The notes: generated from the sequence alone by a model not told the origin. A stretch of 64,000 bases of DNA from Clostridiales bacterium UBA3758 (GCA_002371675.1 DFGE01000022.1:35263-99262), one strand, 5' to 3'. Shown: positions 42,710-52,250, counted from the first letter of the stretch. Numbers and translations: made by a program.

Positions 42710-43330
42710 TTACGCGGACTTGGCGGCGCGGGTGTAATAGGTCTTGCCGGTCACCGCTTCGGTGTCGGCGGAACGGATATAGGCGTCACCGGCGATCTTC
42801 TCGAAGTAGTTGCTGGTGGCGGGATTGCCGGTCGGGGTGGCAACAGCGGTGTACTCGACCTCGGTAAAGACCTTGGTGGTCGTGTCGTACAGGCCCTCCA
42901 CGATGTTACCGGCACCGTATACGGTGAACGGGATCTGGACGCCGGAGGTGTCGCCGCCGTCGCTGGTGGGGATCAGATAGACGTCCTCGCGGAACGCGGA
43001 TTCGACCGTGCCGTCCTCGTTCAGCAGAACGTCGAGCGCGGTGGTCTTGCAGGCGTTGCCGGTCAATCTGCGCTTGGCAATGGCCCAGAGCCGATTGAAC
43101 AGCGGATCGCCGCGGTGGGCGTAGAACGGGGTAACCTCTTTCTGCGCCTCATAGCCACGGTGGACAACGCTCTGCTCGCCGAGGATATTCTTCTGAAGCT
43201 CCACGTCAGGGTTCAGCTCCTCGTTGAGTTCTTCGAGGTCTTCACCCAGGCGGCGGTAGTTCGGAGTACCCTCGCCGAAGTTGGTGTCCACGAGGTGGGC
43301 CAGATACTTTCTTTCCATTTTCCCTTCCAT
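42710..43330 (-). CDS. major tail protein
   Basis: 206 aa with RBS aaggagtg. Position and size are typical of a siphovirus major tail protein. Confidence 0.65.
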   Translation of the reverse strand: MEGKMERKYLAHLVDTNFGEGTPNYRRLGEDLEELNEELNPDVELQKNILGEQSVVHRGYEAQKEVTPFYAHRGDPLFNRLWAIAKRRLTGNACKTTALDVLLNEDGTVESAFREDVYLIPTSDGGDTSGVQIPFTVYGAGNIVEGLYDTTTKVFTEVEYTAVATPTGNPATSNYFEKIAGDAYIRSADTEAVTGKTYYTRAAKSA

Positions 43331-43344
43331 GGGTTTATCACTCC

Positions 43345-43848
43345 TTACTTGTCAAATTCATTCTCATACCTGAGTGTGGCAGAGATAGTCCAGTCTTCCA
43401 CGCCATCCTGATACGGGGCGTTCAGATGGGCCGGGTTGGTGCGGGTGACAGACTTAATGACACGGTTCCCGGAGCCGAGGGACGGATAGCCGGATAGCTT
43501 ATGCTCTGTGCCTTGGATGGTCACCGGCTGCAGCTCCAGCCACTTGCCGAGGGTGTCCAGGAACTCCTTCATTTTCAGGCGCTGCGCCTCGGTCTTAGCC
43601 GCCGCCCGATACACGACCGTGAACGGGTAGAGGCACACCTGATGCACATGCCCGGTGATATCCTCTTTGTTGGAGAGGATCGCCGCGCCGCTGGTCGGGA
43701 AGAAGCCGATGCCAGCGGTATCTTCCAGCGTGGAAAACTTAATGCTTCTCGTGCCGAGACCGGGAAAGCGATTCAGCAGAGAAACAAGAACGCTGCTGAC
43801 GGCTTCGGAGCCGTCAACATCAAATGCGGTTTGCTTGGGGGTAGGCAT
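43345..43848 (-). CDS. head-tail joining / tail terminator-like protein
   Basis: 167 aa in the connector gene block. Called from position. Confidence 0.5.
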   Translation of the reverse strand: MPTPKQTAFDVDGSEAVSSVLVSLLNRFPGLGTRSIKFSTLEDTAGIGFFPTSGAAILSNKEDITGHVHQVCLYPFTVVYRAAAKTEAQRLKMKEFLDTLGKWLELQPVTIQGTEHKLSGYPSLGSGNRVIKSVTRTNPAHLNAPYQDGVEDWTISATLRYENEFDK

Positions 43849-44276
43849 CAGCCTCCACCTGCCCTTCTCTTAACTTCTGCGATCCAGAAAGCGCCGTGCT
43901 GCGCCTTGGCCGTATCGAACCAGTGTGACGTGGCCGTGCCGCTGGAATAGGAAAGCCGCCTGTTTGTGGGTACCTTGTGCTCGCCACGCCGCGCCCACGG
44001 CGACCCGGTTTTCTCCCCGATCATCACAATGCCCTCATACTGGAATCGGGCATAAGGGCCGGGGAACTCGATCTCCGTACCGCCGTTATTTACCTTTGAC
44101 CGCTGCTGCATACTGCCCGTGCGGATCGGCATATAGGGCTTACAGTCTTCGAGCACCTGATCTCCGAGCCACCGTTGCGCCTCCGTGAACTGACGGGAGA
44201 AGCGGTCGAACTTGATCTCAACCCGAAGGTTCCCGGCCACATAGGAGAAGTTCTTGAAGTGAAAGGTCTGGGACAT
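43848..44276 (-). CDS. minor capsid / head-tail adaptor protein
   Basis: 142 aa. The pattern YMPIRTGSMQQRS...FPGPYARFQYEG resembles the HK97 gp10/minor-capsid family. Confidence 0.55.
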   Translation of the reverse strand: MSQTFHFKNFSYVAGNLRVEIKFDRFSRQFTEAQRWLGDQVLEDCKPYMPIRTGSMQQRSKVNNGGTEIEFPGPYARFQYEGIVMIGEKTGSPWARRGEHKVPTNRRLSYSSGTATSHWFDTAKAQHGAFWIAEVKRRAGGG

Positions 44277-44277
44277 A

Positions 44278-44712
44278 TCATCGGCCCCCGATCTCGAAGT
44301 GAGGCAAGAGGCCGAGATACTTTGCGGAGGTGATCATGTAGACGCCGTCATGATCTTCGTTGAACGCGCTGTACAGGCCGGTGTCACCGTATGCATCATC
44401 CGGGACGGGATCGGTGGACGGCCATTCGGCGTCCAAGATGAAATCCTGCTCCGGGGTAAAGGTGAGGCAATCAGCAGGCGCATTCGTAGCCGCGTATGCC
44501 TTTGGAGTGACGTAGGCTTTTGCCCCGGCCTTTGTCTTTACAACCTTCGCGGCGCTGCTGTGGACGATGATCTCCACGCTGTCGCCGTTGGTCTGTCCGG
44601 CGAGGGGCGTTTTGTTGGCGCTCTCCGTGGCAATCAGATCGACCCCTTCGATGACAGACGGATACCAGGTATCGCCGTGCATACAGAACAGGGTGATCGT
44701 GTGGTCATACAT
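44278..44712 (-). CDS. head closure-like protein
   Basis: 144 aa in the connector block. Called from position. Confidence 0.45.
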   Translation of the reverse strand: MYDHTITLFCMHGDTWYPSVIEGVDLIATESANKTPLAGQTNGDSVEIIVHSSAAKVVKTKAGAKAYVTPKAYAATNAPADCLTFTPEQDFILDAEWPSTDPVPDDAYGDTGLYSAFNEDHDGVYMITSAKYLGLLPHFEIGGR

Positions 44713-44714
44713 GA

Positions 44715-45173
44715 CTATCTCACCCCCGCATACAGGAGGTTGATGCCGTTAGCGTCGGGGATGTTGGCGAGGTATCGGGAGACGATGCTGCCGATCAGCT
44801 TTGCCCGCTCCGCCTCACTCGCAGCAGCTGCAGCAATGGAAGAAGCCGAGGCCCCGCTCGCCGAGAAGGAGATGCTCTCCCGCCCGGACGAGATAGAGGC
44901 CACGGCTCCCCGATAGCTGCCGTCCTCTGCTTTGTGAGCAGCGGCGGCTCTCTGCTGTTCGTCGATATGGAACAGGGCTTCGGCTACGGCACACACGGCT
45001 TTCTTCACCTTGACAACATGGGCCTCATGCGTGGGCATGGCAAAGGTCAGCCGCCCGAAGGTCAGCGCGTCGATCTCGTCGCTTGCCATTTCCAGCCAGC
45101 GCGGGGCGACGGCCTGCGTCAGATCGGAGCCATAAAAGCTCTCGGTATAGAACTGATAATCCGCGTATGCCAT
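44715..45173 (-). CDS. gp6-like head-tail connector protein
   Basis: 152 aa. The N-terminus YADYQFYTESFYGSDL...DALTFGRL is typical of head-tail connector proteins. Confidence 0.55.
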   Translation of the reverse strand: MAYADYQFYTESFYGSDLTQAVAPRWLEMASDEIDALTFGRLTFAMPTHEAHVVKVKKAVCAVAEALFHIDEQQRAAAAHKAEDGSYRGAVASISSGRESISFSASGASASSIAAAAASEAERAKLIGSIVSRYLANIPDANGINLLYAGVR

Positions 45174-45182
45174 ATTCGCTCC

Positions 45183-45347
45183 TTACTCCGCGCCTTTGCT
45201 GGATTTCTTCCTGACCGGCTTTTTCTCCGGCACAGGAGCTTCAGACGCTACGACAGGCTCATAAGTCGGAGACTTCCGCATCTGTTCGATAACGTCCTCA
45301 TTGTCCGTCGAAACAAGGTTCCCAGACAAAAGGTTTCTGAACAGCAT
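45183..45347 (-). CDS. hypothetical protein (54 aa)
   Basis: Not in the track (short). ATG with RBS ggggaggg, between the capsid and connector genes. Confidence 0.4.
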   Translation of the reverse strand: MLFRNLLSGNLVSTDNEDVIEQMRKSPTYEPVVASEAPVPEKKPVRKKSSKGAE

Positions 45348-45365
45348 GATCGAACCCTCCCCGGC

Positions 45366-46340
45366 TTAGCCCATGGTGTAGTAGGTGGTGCCGTTGGCGA
45401 AAGCCTGGATGTCGGCCACGGTGTACACGCCGTTGCTCACGGTGTAGTAGGTCTTGGTGGCGTCGAAGGTCGCGTTGGCAGCGACTGCGGTGAACACGCC
45501 CTTCTTGAAGATCAGGTCGGGGGTGACCGTCTTCGTGCCGCAGGAGAAGAAAAGCTCCAGACCGTAGGCGTTGGACAGAGGGATCTTCTCCACGTTGTAG
45601 GGAGTCGCCATGACAGGCTGGGCGACCGCGCCGTCCACCAGCAGGATATAATCGCAGCCGTTGGGGAGGTTCACGCAGCTGTAGGTCTTGACGCCGTGCC
45701 AGACCTTGAACTCCTCCGCAGATGTGTCCACATTGGCGTTGTTGGTCTGGGTGTCGAGCTGATTACGGACCTTGCCGTAATACTTCGGGGACAGAACCAG
45801 ATGCATCAGCGCACGGGGGACGCCGTCGACAAAATCATTCTTCGTGGTTTCGCACTCCTGAATGATCGCCTCGAGCTCTTCCTCCACCTTGTCGTAGCCG
45901 CTCAGGTTGAGGGCGATCGCGCTGGCGTAGGCGGTGGCGAAGAACTTGGTGTCCAGATATGCGATCATGCGCAGCGTGTGGTTCTGGCCACGGCGCTGCA
46001 CGAGGCCGTCGACGCCGTAGAGGGAAGTGTCCTTCTCCTCCATCTCCTCGACGAACTCCTTGTCATCGTCGATGGCAACGGTCACGGGCTTGGCCTTGAT
46101 CTTGTTGCCAGCGCCAGCAGCGCGGGCGGTGCCGTAGGCCTGCGGCTCCGCATTGGCGAAACGCTTGGCCTCCACGGAACCCGCGGTGGGATCGCCGGAG
46201 AGGTCGCGGTTCTTCATGTTGGTGGAAATCGCGCCCTTCTGGACGTTCTCGATCACCTTGCCATACTCTTCCTTGAGGAAGTCGTTGGCCTGGGGATCGG
46301 TGCCAGCGGCCAGGATTGCCAGAGATGCTACTCTTGCCAT
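45366..46340 (-). CDS. major capsid protein
   Basis: About 324 aa, downstream of the scaffold gene. ATG at 46340; the track start at 46346 is TTG. Confidence 0.8.
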   Translation of the reverse strand: MARVASLAILAAGTDPQANDFLKEEYGKVIENVQKGAISTNMKNRDLSGDPTAGSVEAKRFANAEPQAYGTARAAGAGNKIKAKPVTVAIDDDKEFVEEMEEKDTSLYGVDGLVQRRGQNHTLRMIAYLDTKFFATAYASAIALNLSGYDKVEEELEAIIQECETTKNDFVDGVPRALMHLVLSPKYYGKVRNQLDTQTNNANVDTSAEEFKVWHGVKTYSCVNLPNGCDYILLVDGAVAQPVMATPYNVEKIPLSNAYGLELFFSCGTKTVTPDLIFKKGVFTAVAANATFDATKTYYTVSNGVYTVADIQAFANGTTYYTMG

Positions 46341-46361
46341 AATCAAATCATCCTTTCATAG

Positions 46362-46958
46362 TTAGAAAATTTTGGGCGGGGTGTATTTCTCGCCCTTGCC
46401 TTTTCCGCCGTCCCCGGCAGAGCCGGTGAAACGGGCAGCACCCTTCTCGAGGGCGGCAGCTTTCTCCGCTGCCTCCTTCTCTTCGGCGGTCTGATAAAGA
46501 CCCTTGTCCTTTTCCTTGGCCGACTTCATGAAGTCATCGAAGCCAAAGAAAGCGTTGTCCTTCCATTTGAGGCCGCTGTCCTCGGACATGGCCTCGGAGA
46601 CCAGCGCATTCCGGGCGAAGGGGGAAGTGACGCCGTACTCATCGAGCTTGGCTTTGAGCCAGTCTTTCTGGTCGCGCTGCAGGATCTTCTTATCGAAGTC
46701 CGCCTGAGCATTTTTCGCCTGATCCTGATAGGTCTGGATCTCCTGCTGAATCTGCTCCGGGGTCTTATCCCCGAACTTTTTCAGCGTGTCCTCGGCGGTG
46801 GTCAGCCGCCCTTTGAGATCGTCCCGCTCTGTGGTGAGCTTCGAGATCTCCGTGTCCTTGACGGACTTGGCGTGCTCAATGTCCTTGCCGTTGATCTCCA
46901 GGACTTTCGCAGCCTGCTCCTCGGTGATGCCGAGCGCAATGAGTTCTTCCTTTTTCAT
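46362..46958 (-). CDS. scaffolding protein (DUF4355-like)
   Basis: 198 aa, highly charged coiled coil (MKKEELIALGITEEQAAKVLE...), directly upstream of the capsid gene. Confidence 0.75.
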   Translation of the reverse strand: MKKEELIALGITEEQAAKVLEINGKDIEHAKSVKDTEISKLTTERDDLKGRLTTAEDTLKKFGDKTPEQIQQEIQTYQDQAKNAQADFDKKILQRDQKDWLKAKLDEYGVTSPFARNALVSEAMSEDSGLKWKDNAFFGFDDFMKSAKEKDKGLYQTAEEKEAAEKAAALEKGAARFTGSAGDGGKGKGEKYTPPKIF

Positions 46959-47079
46959 GGGTGTTCCTTTCTCAGCTATGCTTTTTATGGGGTCGCTCCC
47001 TCGCTGCCGGGCATTGATTACGACCGCCCGTGGTCGAAGTTTGTACCCGCTCCCGGCTCATGCGCCGGAAAGCAGGCAT

Positions 47080-47146
47080 AAAAAAGCGCCCTCTCGGGCG
47101 CAGCGCGTGGGTATAAGAAAAGCCGCCTTGCAGATGCAGGGCGGCT
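47080..47146 (-). terminator. two tandem rho-independent terminators inside the head module
   Basis: agccgcc...ggcggct followed by cttttctt, and gcgccc-gaga-gggcgc followed by tttttt, on the minus strand just after the 65-aa ORF. Confidence 0.55.
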
Positions 47147-47342
47147 AAACTTCAAAGTTGTCGAAGAATTTGTCAACTACGCTTTCAAAGAGATCGTCAT
47201 ACGGGGCGTTGTCGGTGATGGCCTCGTGAATCCTCAGGAGTTCATCATCGGAATAATCCCTGTCGTTGGAAAGGGACACGCCGCTGTGCTTCTCAATGAA
47301 AGACAGCTCCTCGGCGGTAAACACCGCCGCTACGTTCTTCAT
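47145..47342 (-). CDS. small acidic protein (candidate immunity protein for the upstream toxin-like domain)
   Basis: 65 aa, very acidic. RBS aaaggaggg. Starts 5 nt after the MuF-like gene and is followed by terminators. Confidence 0.5.
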   Translation of the reverse strand: MKNVAAVFTAEELSFIEKHSGVSLSNDRDYSDDELLRIHEAITDNAPYDDLFESVVDKFFDNFEV

Positions 47343-47346
47343 ACCA

Positions 47347-48831
47347 TCACTTCCCTCCTTTCAGCTTTTCGACCTTCTTCGAACTGGTCGGCCAACAGGT
47401 TATCACCTTGCCGGTGTCGACATTGATTGCGACCGTCGCATGTTCGCCTATGAACTGCTGGGATCGGTCTGATCTGATTTTACCGAGACCGAGCGGCTTT
47501 GTCAATGCCTCTGTCACATGGCCAGCATTCAGGCCGCGCTGGACAGACCGCGTATAGATGTGCGTTTCAACGTCCCGGATCTGGACGCCCGTGGAAGTCT
47601 GCCCAGCCTCCATCACCTTATCCTTGAACCGGCTGACCTTCCCTGCGGTCGCGGCAGCCTTCGCCGCTTCCTCGCGGCTCCATTTGGCAGCGCGGACGCG
47701 ATCATCGTACCGCTTCAAATCATTGTCCTTGCAGAACTGATTATAAGCCTTGTTCTGTTGGGTCAGTTGAACCGCTGTCTTGTCGTAATCCTCCTGCAGC
47801 TTCGCTTTCGCCTCTGGATCAGAGCAGTTATCAATCGCTGTTTTAAGGCCCAGCAGTTTCGTTTTGCTGTGGCGGATGGCGCGTTCCATGGTCCTCTGCT
47901 GCTGTGATAGATCATAGGCTTTCTTATTCTCCTCGGCGTCGAAGCCGTCATAGGGATTATGCCCAACGGTGCCGGGGCCGAAGGAGTGGCGGCAGTTCCA
48001 TCCGCACAAGCCCTCGCCGGTGCCGTAACCAGTCACAGAGAACAGCGGGAGATCCGGCGTCGCTCCGTTCTTGGAATAGTGCTTTCCCTGCCACCACGCA
48101 TGATTCCCGGCGTTCTCGCCGCCGTCGCCGTAGCGAGCGCCCAGGTGCGCAGAGACAAGGATCACGTCCCAGCCGCGCTCCTCCATACCCCGGAGGGACA
48201 TCTCCCCAGAGGCCTGCGCTGTGCCGGTTCTAACGCAGCGCAGCACGGCGGTCTCGATGGTGTCCACATGGCCGGACGGGTATCTGACCACCGCCTGCTT
48301 CTCTGACAGCTCTGCCACCGCATCGGCCACCGCTGCAGCATAGGACTGAGCGCCCGTTACCACTTTCAGGTGGGCTTCGTCACAGACGCGCATGAACCGC
48401 TGCTCGCTGGCCTGCGCCGTGGTGCGAGTGAAGTTGTGGATCTCTCCGTTAGTGCGCTGGTAGGTGTCCACGAGGATCTTCATCAGGCTTTCGGATTTCA
48501 GGAGCGGAACAGATTCAAGGCCCTGCGCTACATAGAACGCATCGTCATAGGCCCACGCCCGGATACCGGCGTCCTCAAAGATAGCAGCTACCTCGGCGTC
48601 GGACTTCTTTGTCCACTTCTGGATCTCCTCCGTCAGCGCCTCATAATGGCCCGCTGCTTCCTGGTAAAGCTGGAGCTTCCATTTATCGGACGCGCCGAAA
48701 GTAAAGCTGTCGCCGCGTTCTAACCGTGCCATGAGGCGCTTGATAAGGTCTCTGGTGATCCAGGTATTCAGATCATCCAGCAGCGGGTACATCGTCTCTA
48801 CGATTTCAAGCAGCTCCTGTGGGGTAAGCAT
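47347..48831 (-). CDS. MuF/SPP1 gp7-like head morphogenesis (minor capsid) protein with a C-terminal DUF4258/RelE-fold-like domain
   Basis: 494 aa with the conserved GWNCRHSF motif, downstream of the portal gene. The last 80 aa (THIYTRSVQRGL...GEHATVAINVDTGKVITCWP) resemble a small toxin domain. Confidence 0.7.
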   Translation of the reverse strand: MLTPQELLEIVETMYPLLDDLNTWITRDLIKRLMARLERGDSFTFGASDKWKLQLYQEAAGHYEALTEEIQKWTKKSDAEVAAIFEDAGIRAWAYDDAFYVAQGLESVPLLKSESLMKILVDTYQRTNGEIHNFTRTTAQASEQRFMRVCDEAHLKVVTGAQSYAAAVADAVAELSEKQAVVRYPSGHVDTIETAVLRCVRTGTAQASGEMSLRGMEERGWDVILVSAHLGARYGDGGENAGNHAWWQGKHYSKNGATPDLPLFSVTGYGTGEGLCGWNCRHSFGPGTVGHNPYDGFDAEENKKAYDLSQQQRTMERAIRHSKTKLLGLKTAIDNCSDPEAKAKLQEDYDKTAVQLTQQNKAYNQFCKDNDLKRYDDRVRAAKWSREEAAKAAATAGKVSRFKDKVMEAGQTSTGVQIRDVETHIYTRSVQRGLNAGHVTEALTKPLGLGKIRSDRSQQFIGEHATVAINVDTGKVITCWPTSSKKVEKLKGGK

Positions 48832-48842
48832 GGGCCGCCTCC

Positions 48843-50252
48843 TTACTCAACGCCGAACAATCCCTTACTGAGATTCGCCTGCTCCGCTTCCTGCGTCAGC
48901 GCCCGTGCGTCCTCCTCGCTCATGCCCTCAAACTTGACGAAGTACAGCCACTTCGGTACCCATCCCTGCGCGGCGTAGGACTTCCAGGAAGCCTTGTCCT
49001 CCTCGTAGGAATAGGTGATATCGCCGAAGTTGAAGTTCAGCTCATACTCACCCAGCGGAGCAAGGCCGTACAGCTGCACCAGAGCGTCCATGCCATAGAT
49101 TGCATCGTCGAGCGCGGTCTTCAGCGCGTCGCGGTCGGTCTTGATCGTCTGGATCGTGTCGCGGTCATCGGCCTCTACCTGTGTCGCGGTGATCATGCCG
49201 GTCTGCCCGTCAAGGACAAAGACGCCCTCGGAGAAGCCGCACTTCACTCCGGCGAGGGACAGGTTGAAGTTGATGTCCTTGATCCTCGCATCGGTCAGCA
49301 TGGTCGGGACGTGTTCGTGGATGGCGCTGGTATCGGAATCATTCATACCCATACCGAGGCCCTTCACAAAGCGGGGCAGCGACAGGTTCTTGTTCTGCGC
49401 GTCCCGGATCACCTGTTGACCGACGAAGGTGACGTGCTTGCTGTCCTCCACCTCGCTGTCCTTGCGGCTGATGGCAACGTCGATCGCTTTCAGCTCATGC
49501 AGCGCACCGGCGAACACGGACATGCCGAGGGGCGACGTCGGATCAATCACGTTCGCGCCGGGCACACGGTAGTACCCGAACAACGGGCGCGTCAGGTTGG
49601 CAATGCCCGGAGTGTCGGGCAGCATATCGGCCCAATCATCCACCTCGGTAAGCGGTACCTCGTGGCCGAGATCGAGTTCGTCAGCGTGGCCGAGCTTGTT
49701 CTTGAAAGCTCTGTTGCTGACATAATAAAGGCCGTCCTTCTCAAAGCGGTGGTATTCCAGGCGGGTGTAATGATCTCCGTACTGCGTGGTCTGCGTGGCG
49801 AAGATCGCGCCGGTGATGTTCCCGTTATCATCCTTCGCCGTGATGCCGAAGGAGCCGTTCATCACGAAGTCCCATGTGCTGCCGTTCCACTTGATAATCA
49901 TGCCGCCGTGCCGATCGGCCTCGGCCACCTGATCCGGGAGGCGCTGCAGCAGCTTCTTGATGATCTCCTGGTCATAGTCAGCGCGGGAGGAGCCGGAGCA
50001 GGCAATGTCGATATCCAGCACCGTCAGCTTCGCCCGGAAGTCTGCGATATGCTTCGCCATGTTCACGGTCTCGATATCATCGTCCGGGTCGACCCAGGGC
50101 GGACGTCCCGTCGAGATGCTGTCCCAGCGCACGATGGCAGAATTCATGTCGCTCGATTCAATGAGCTTTACGCCGAACACCTTTCCGATATCGGCATTGT
50201 TGGATAAAAACATCTGTCTGATCCTCCTCCACAGGCGACTAAAAAAATTCAT
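48843..50252 (-). CDS. portal protein
   Basis: 469 aa, immediately downstream of the large terminase gene. SPP1 gp6-like size and position. Confidence 0.8.
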   Translation of the reverse strand: MNFFSRLWRRIRQMFLSNNADIGKVFGVKLIESSDMNSAIVRWDSISTGRPPWVDPDDDIETVNMAKHIADFRAKLTVLDIDIACSGSSRADYDQEIIKKLLQRLPDQVAEADRHGGMIIKWNGSTWDFVMNGSFGITAKDDNGNITGAIFATQTTQYGDHYTRLEYHRFEKDGLYYVSNRAFKNKLGHADELDLGHEVPLTEVDDWADMLPDTPGIANLTRPLFGYYRVPGANVIDPTSPLGMSVFAGALHELKAIDVAISRKDSEVEDSKHVTFVGQQVIRDAQNKNLSLPRFVKGLGMGMNDSDTSAIHEHVPTMLTDARIKDINFNLSLAGVKCGFSEGVFVLDGQTGMITATQVEADDRDTIQTIKTDRDALKTALDDAIYGMDALVQLYGLAPLGEYELNFNFGDITYSYEEDKASWKSYAAQGWVPKWLYFVKFEGMSEEDARALTQEAEQANLSKGLFGVE

Positions 50253-50265
50253 GCTATCACCGCCC

Positions 50266-51573
50266 TTATACTATCCATTTCAATTCATTGCGGAGCACCG
50301 TGCGGCAGAAGTACCGCACCTGGTCCATGCTGTGGTCGTTCTCTTTGATAACCGTATCTTCATCCGCGTCTTCGTCCCACACATACGATTCGAACTCAGC
50401 GAAGGTGTTGATGCAGCTCTCGTGGAAGAACAGCACCCCGGCATTCAGGAACTTGGTCACGTCCTGAATACCGTTCAACACATCGTTGTTTGCCTTGACG
50501 CACGACCAGCGCCCGTACTTCTGGATCGTCTCGATCATGGAAGCAGCTGACGGGTCAATGACGATGTACTCGATCTCATAATCCCCGACCAGACCTTCCA
50601 GCATCTTGTAGTACGCCTCGTTGTCGACGCGCTTTGCGCTGCCGCCTTTGTAGTACAGCTCGCGGATCATGGTTGCTTTTTGCTCCACCACATCGAAGTC
50701 CCACAGGCCAGCGGCAAACGGGTTGACGGTGCCGTAGTCGATGGACACATAATAGCGGTGGAGCCTGTTTGCCTCTGCGATCTTGCTGACTGAATGGCGC
50801 TTCCGATTGAACATCGGATAGACAAGGCCCTCGGCGCGGATGCGCAGGCCGAGGATATCGCGCACATACCAGATGGAGTTTTCATCATACTGGCTGATGA
50901 TCTCCTCCCGGCGCTCCTTGCTGATGTTGATATTCTGGAAGATGTTGAAGTGCCGGTAATTGAACCCGCCGATCAGCGTTCCCGCTGCATCTTTGGCGGC
51001 GTACACGTCAATGTACTTTGTGTAGATCGGAGCCGTTGGCGCGTCCGGGTTCAAGTCCCAGAAGATCTTCCGGCGCTTTGCTGCGAGCTGCCGGTTGAAC
51101 GCTTCCTTGATCGTGTTGTCGTGGTGAAGGTTGATCTCCGTGGCGATCCACATACCGTAGGAATTACCACGGATCTTCTTGAAGCTGTCAGACAGCGCCC
51201 CGCCCGCGAAAATTACGATGCGGAGGCGGTAGCCCGTAGCCGGGCCTTTGATCTTCAAGCACTCATTGCCCTTGTACTTGCCCCACTTGCATTGTCCCCG
51301 GAAGATATATTCGAGGCCGAAGCCGTTGGCGTCGCCGATGTTCAGCTTCGCGTTGGCCATGGTGGAGCCGGTGGCAAGGTGGATCTTGTCCGGCGTTGTT
51401 TTCAGCTCATGAGCAAAGGCAAAGACGTTATCAATCGTCTTGCCGGAACGGACAGCGCCCTCGAGGATATTGAAGGTGCAGCTCTCGCACCGGCGAATAT
51501 AATCCTTGTGCTCCTGGCTCCAATTGAAGGGGATGGTGCGCCGCTTCCGCAGGAGGCTACTTGTCGCCGCCAT
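50266..51573 (-). CDS. terL: terminase large subunit
   Basis: 435 aa with Walker A GAVRSGKT, an ATPase domain and a C-terminal nuclease domain. Overlaps the terS end. Confidence 0.9.
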   Translation of the reverse strand: MAATSSLLRKRRTIPFNWSQEHKDYIRRCESCTFNILEGAVRSGKTIDNVFAFAHELKTTPDKIHLATGSTMANAKLNIGDANGFGLEYIFRGQCKWGKYKGNECLKIKGPATGYRLRIVIFAGGALSDSFKKIRGNSYGMWIATEINLHHDNTIKEAFNRQLAAKRRKIFWDLNPDAPTAPIYTKYIDVYAAKDAAGTLIGGFNYRHFNIFQNINISKERREEIISQYDENSIWYVRDILGLRIRAEGLVYPMFNRKRHSVSKIAEANRLHRYYVSIDYGTVNPFAAGLWDFDVVEQKATMIRELYYKGGSAKRVDNEAYYKMLEGLVGDYEIEYIVIDPSAASMIETIQKYGRWSCVKANNDVLNGIQDVTKFLNAGVLFFHESCINTFAEFESYVWDEDADEDTVIKENDHSMDQVRYFCRTVLRNELKWIV

Positions 51574-51997
51574 AGATATCCGCCTCCACAGCGTCCAGGT
51601 CTTCTACCTCCTCGGTCTCCCCGGCGTCCTTTGCTTTCTTGTACTCGAACTCCTCGCGGCGGAGCTTCATCTCGTCTTTGTGCATCTGCATCTCCGGGCT
51701 TTCGCCGAGAGTATCGCGCAGGAACGTGGCGGCCCTGACGTTTCCCTTCATGGCCTGATTGACCATAGCCACCATGACGGCCATCTGATTTGTCAGGTCT
51801 TCCTCCTCGATCCCGAATGCGGTCATGAGCTGGATATTCTTCTCGCTCGTCACGCCCATATCCAAGATCAGTTTCGCCGCCGCTTTCATGGTTCTCTTGC
51901 GACGCCGCGCCTCGCCAGATGCAATACCTCCCCTTCGGCCCTTTTCCCTTGCTTCCTCCTCGGTTCGGACGGGCCTAAGGTTCTGCTCGTTTACCAT
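51557..51997 (-). CDS. terS: terminase small subunit
   Basis: 146 aa. The basic N-terminal motif KGRRGGIASGEARRRKR is common in small terminases. RBS ggaaggtgg. Confidence 0.7.
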   Translation of the reverse strand: MVNEQNLRPVRTEEEAREKGRRGGIASGEARRRKRTMKAAAKLILDMGVTSEKNIQLMTAFGIEEEDLTNQMAVMVAMVNQAMKGNVRAATFLRDTLGESPEMQMHKDEMKLRREEFEYKKAKDAGETEEVEDLDAVEADIYGGDK

Positions 51998-52018
51998 GTC
52001 GCCACCTTCCTATAAAAC

Positions 52019-52056
52019 GGCTGGGCGTGGTGAAGGAGGAGCAGCCACACCCAGCC
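52019..52056 (-). terminator. stem-loop with a short U-tract 22 nt upstream of the terS start
   Basis: 12-bp stem (one mismatch) ggctgggtgtgg/ccacgcccagcc followed by gtttta on the minus strand. Confidence 0.45.
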
Positions 52057-52073
52057 TGAAAAGAAGTAGGCTT

Positions 52074-52244
52074 CTATTTGCCATATCGGTTCAGCATCGT
52101 CTTCTCCCATCCACGGAACTTATCCCGCTCGACAATATCCTTGTCGCAGCGGCGGTCACAGCCCTTGTTGGATCGCTTACAGATGCACACGGTTTCCCCG
52201 TGCTCCGTTCGGATGTAAACCTTGATAAGCTCCTTGTCCTTCAT
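52074..52244 (-). CDS. hypothetical Cys-rich protein (56 aa)
   Basis: Not in the track. In-frame ATG to TAG read from the sequence (MKDKELIKVYIRTEHGETVCICKRSNKGCDRRCDK...). Confidence 0.35.
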   Translation of the reverse strand: MKDKELIKVYIRTEHGETVCICKRSNKGCDRRCDKDIVERDKFRGWEKTMLNRYGK

Positions 52245-52250
52245 GATGCA

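Noticed and set aside
44934-46361. 475-aa plus-strand ORF across the capsid region.
   Set aside because: Shadow ORF opposite the capsid and connector genes.
46959-47079. 120-nt untranslated region before the scaffold gene, considered as a structured RNA or late promoter.
   Set aside because: Only weak, short stems and no convincing -35/-10 are visible by eye. It is left unannotated.
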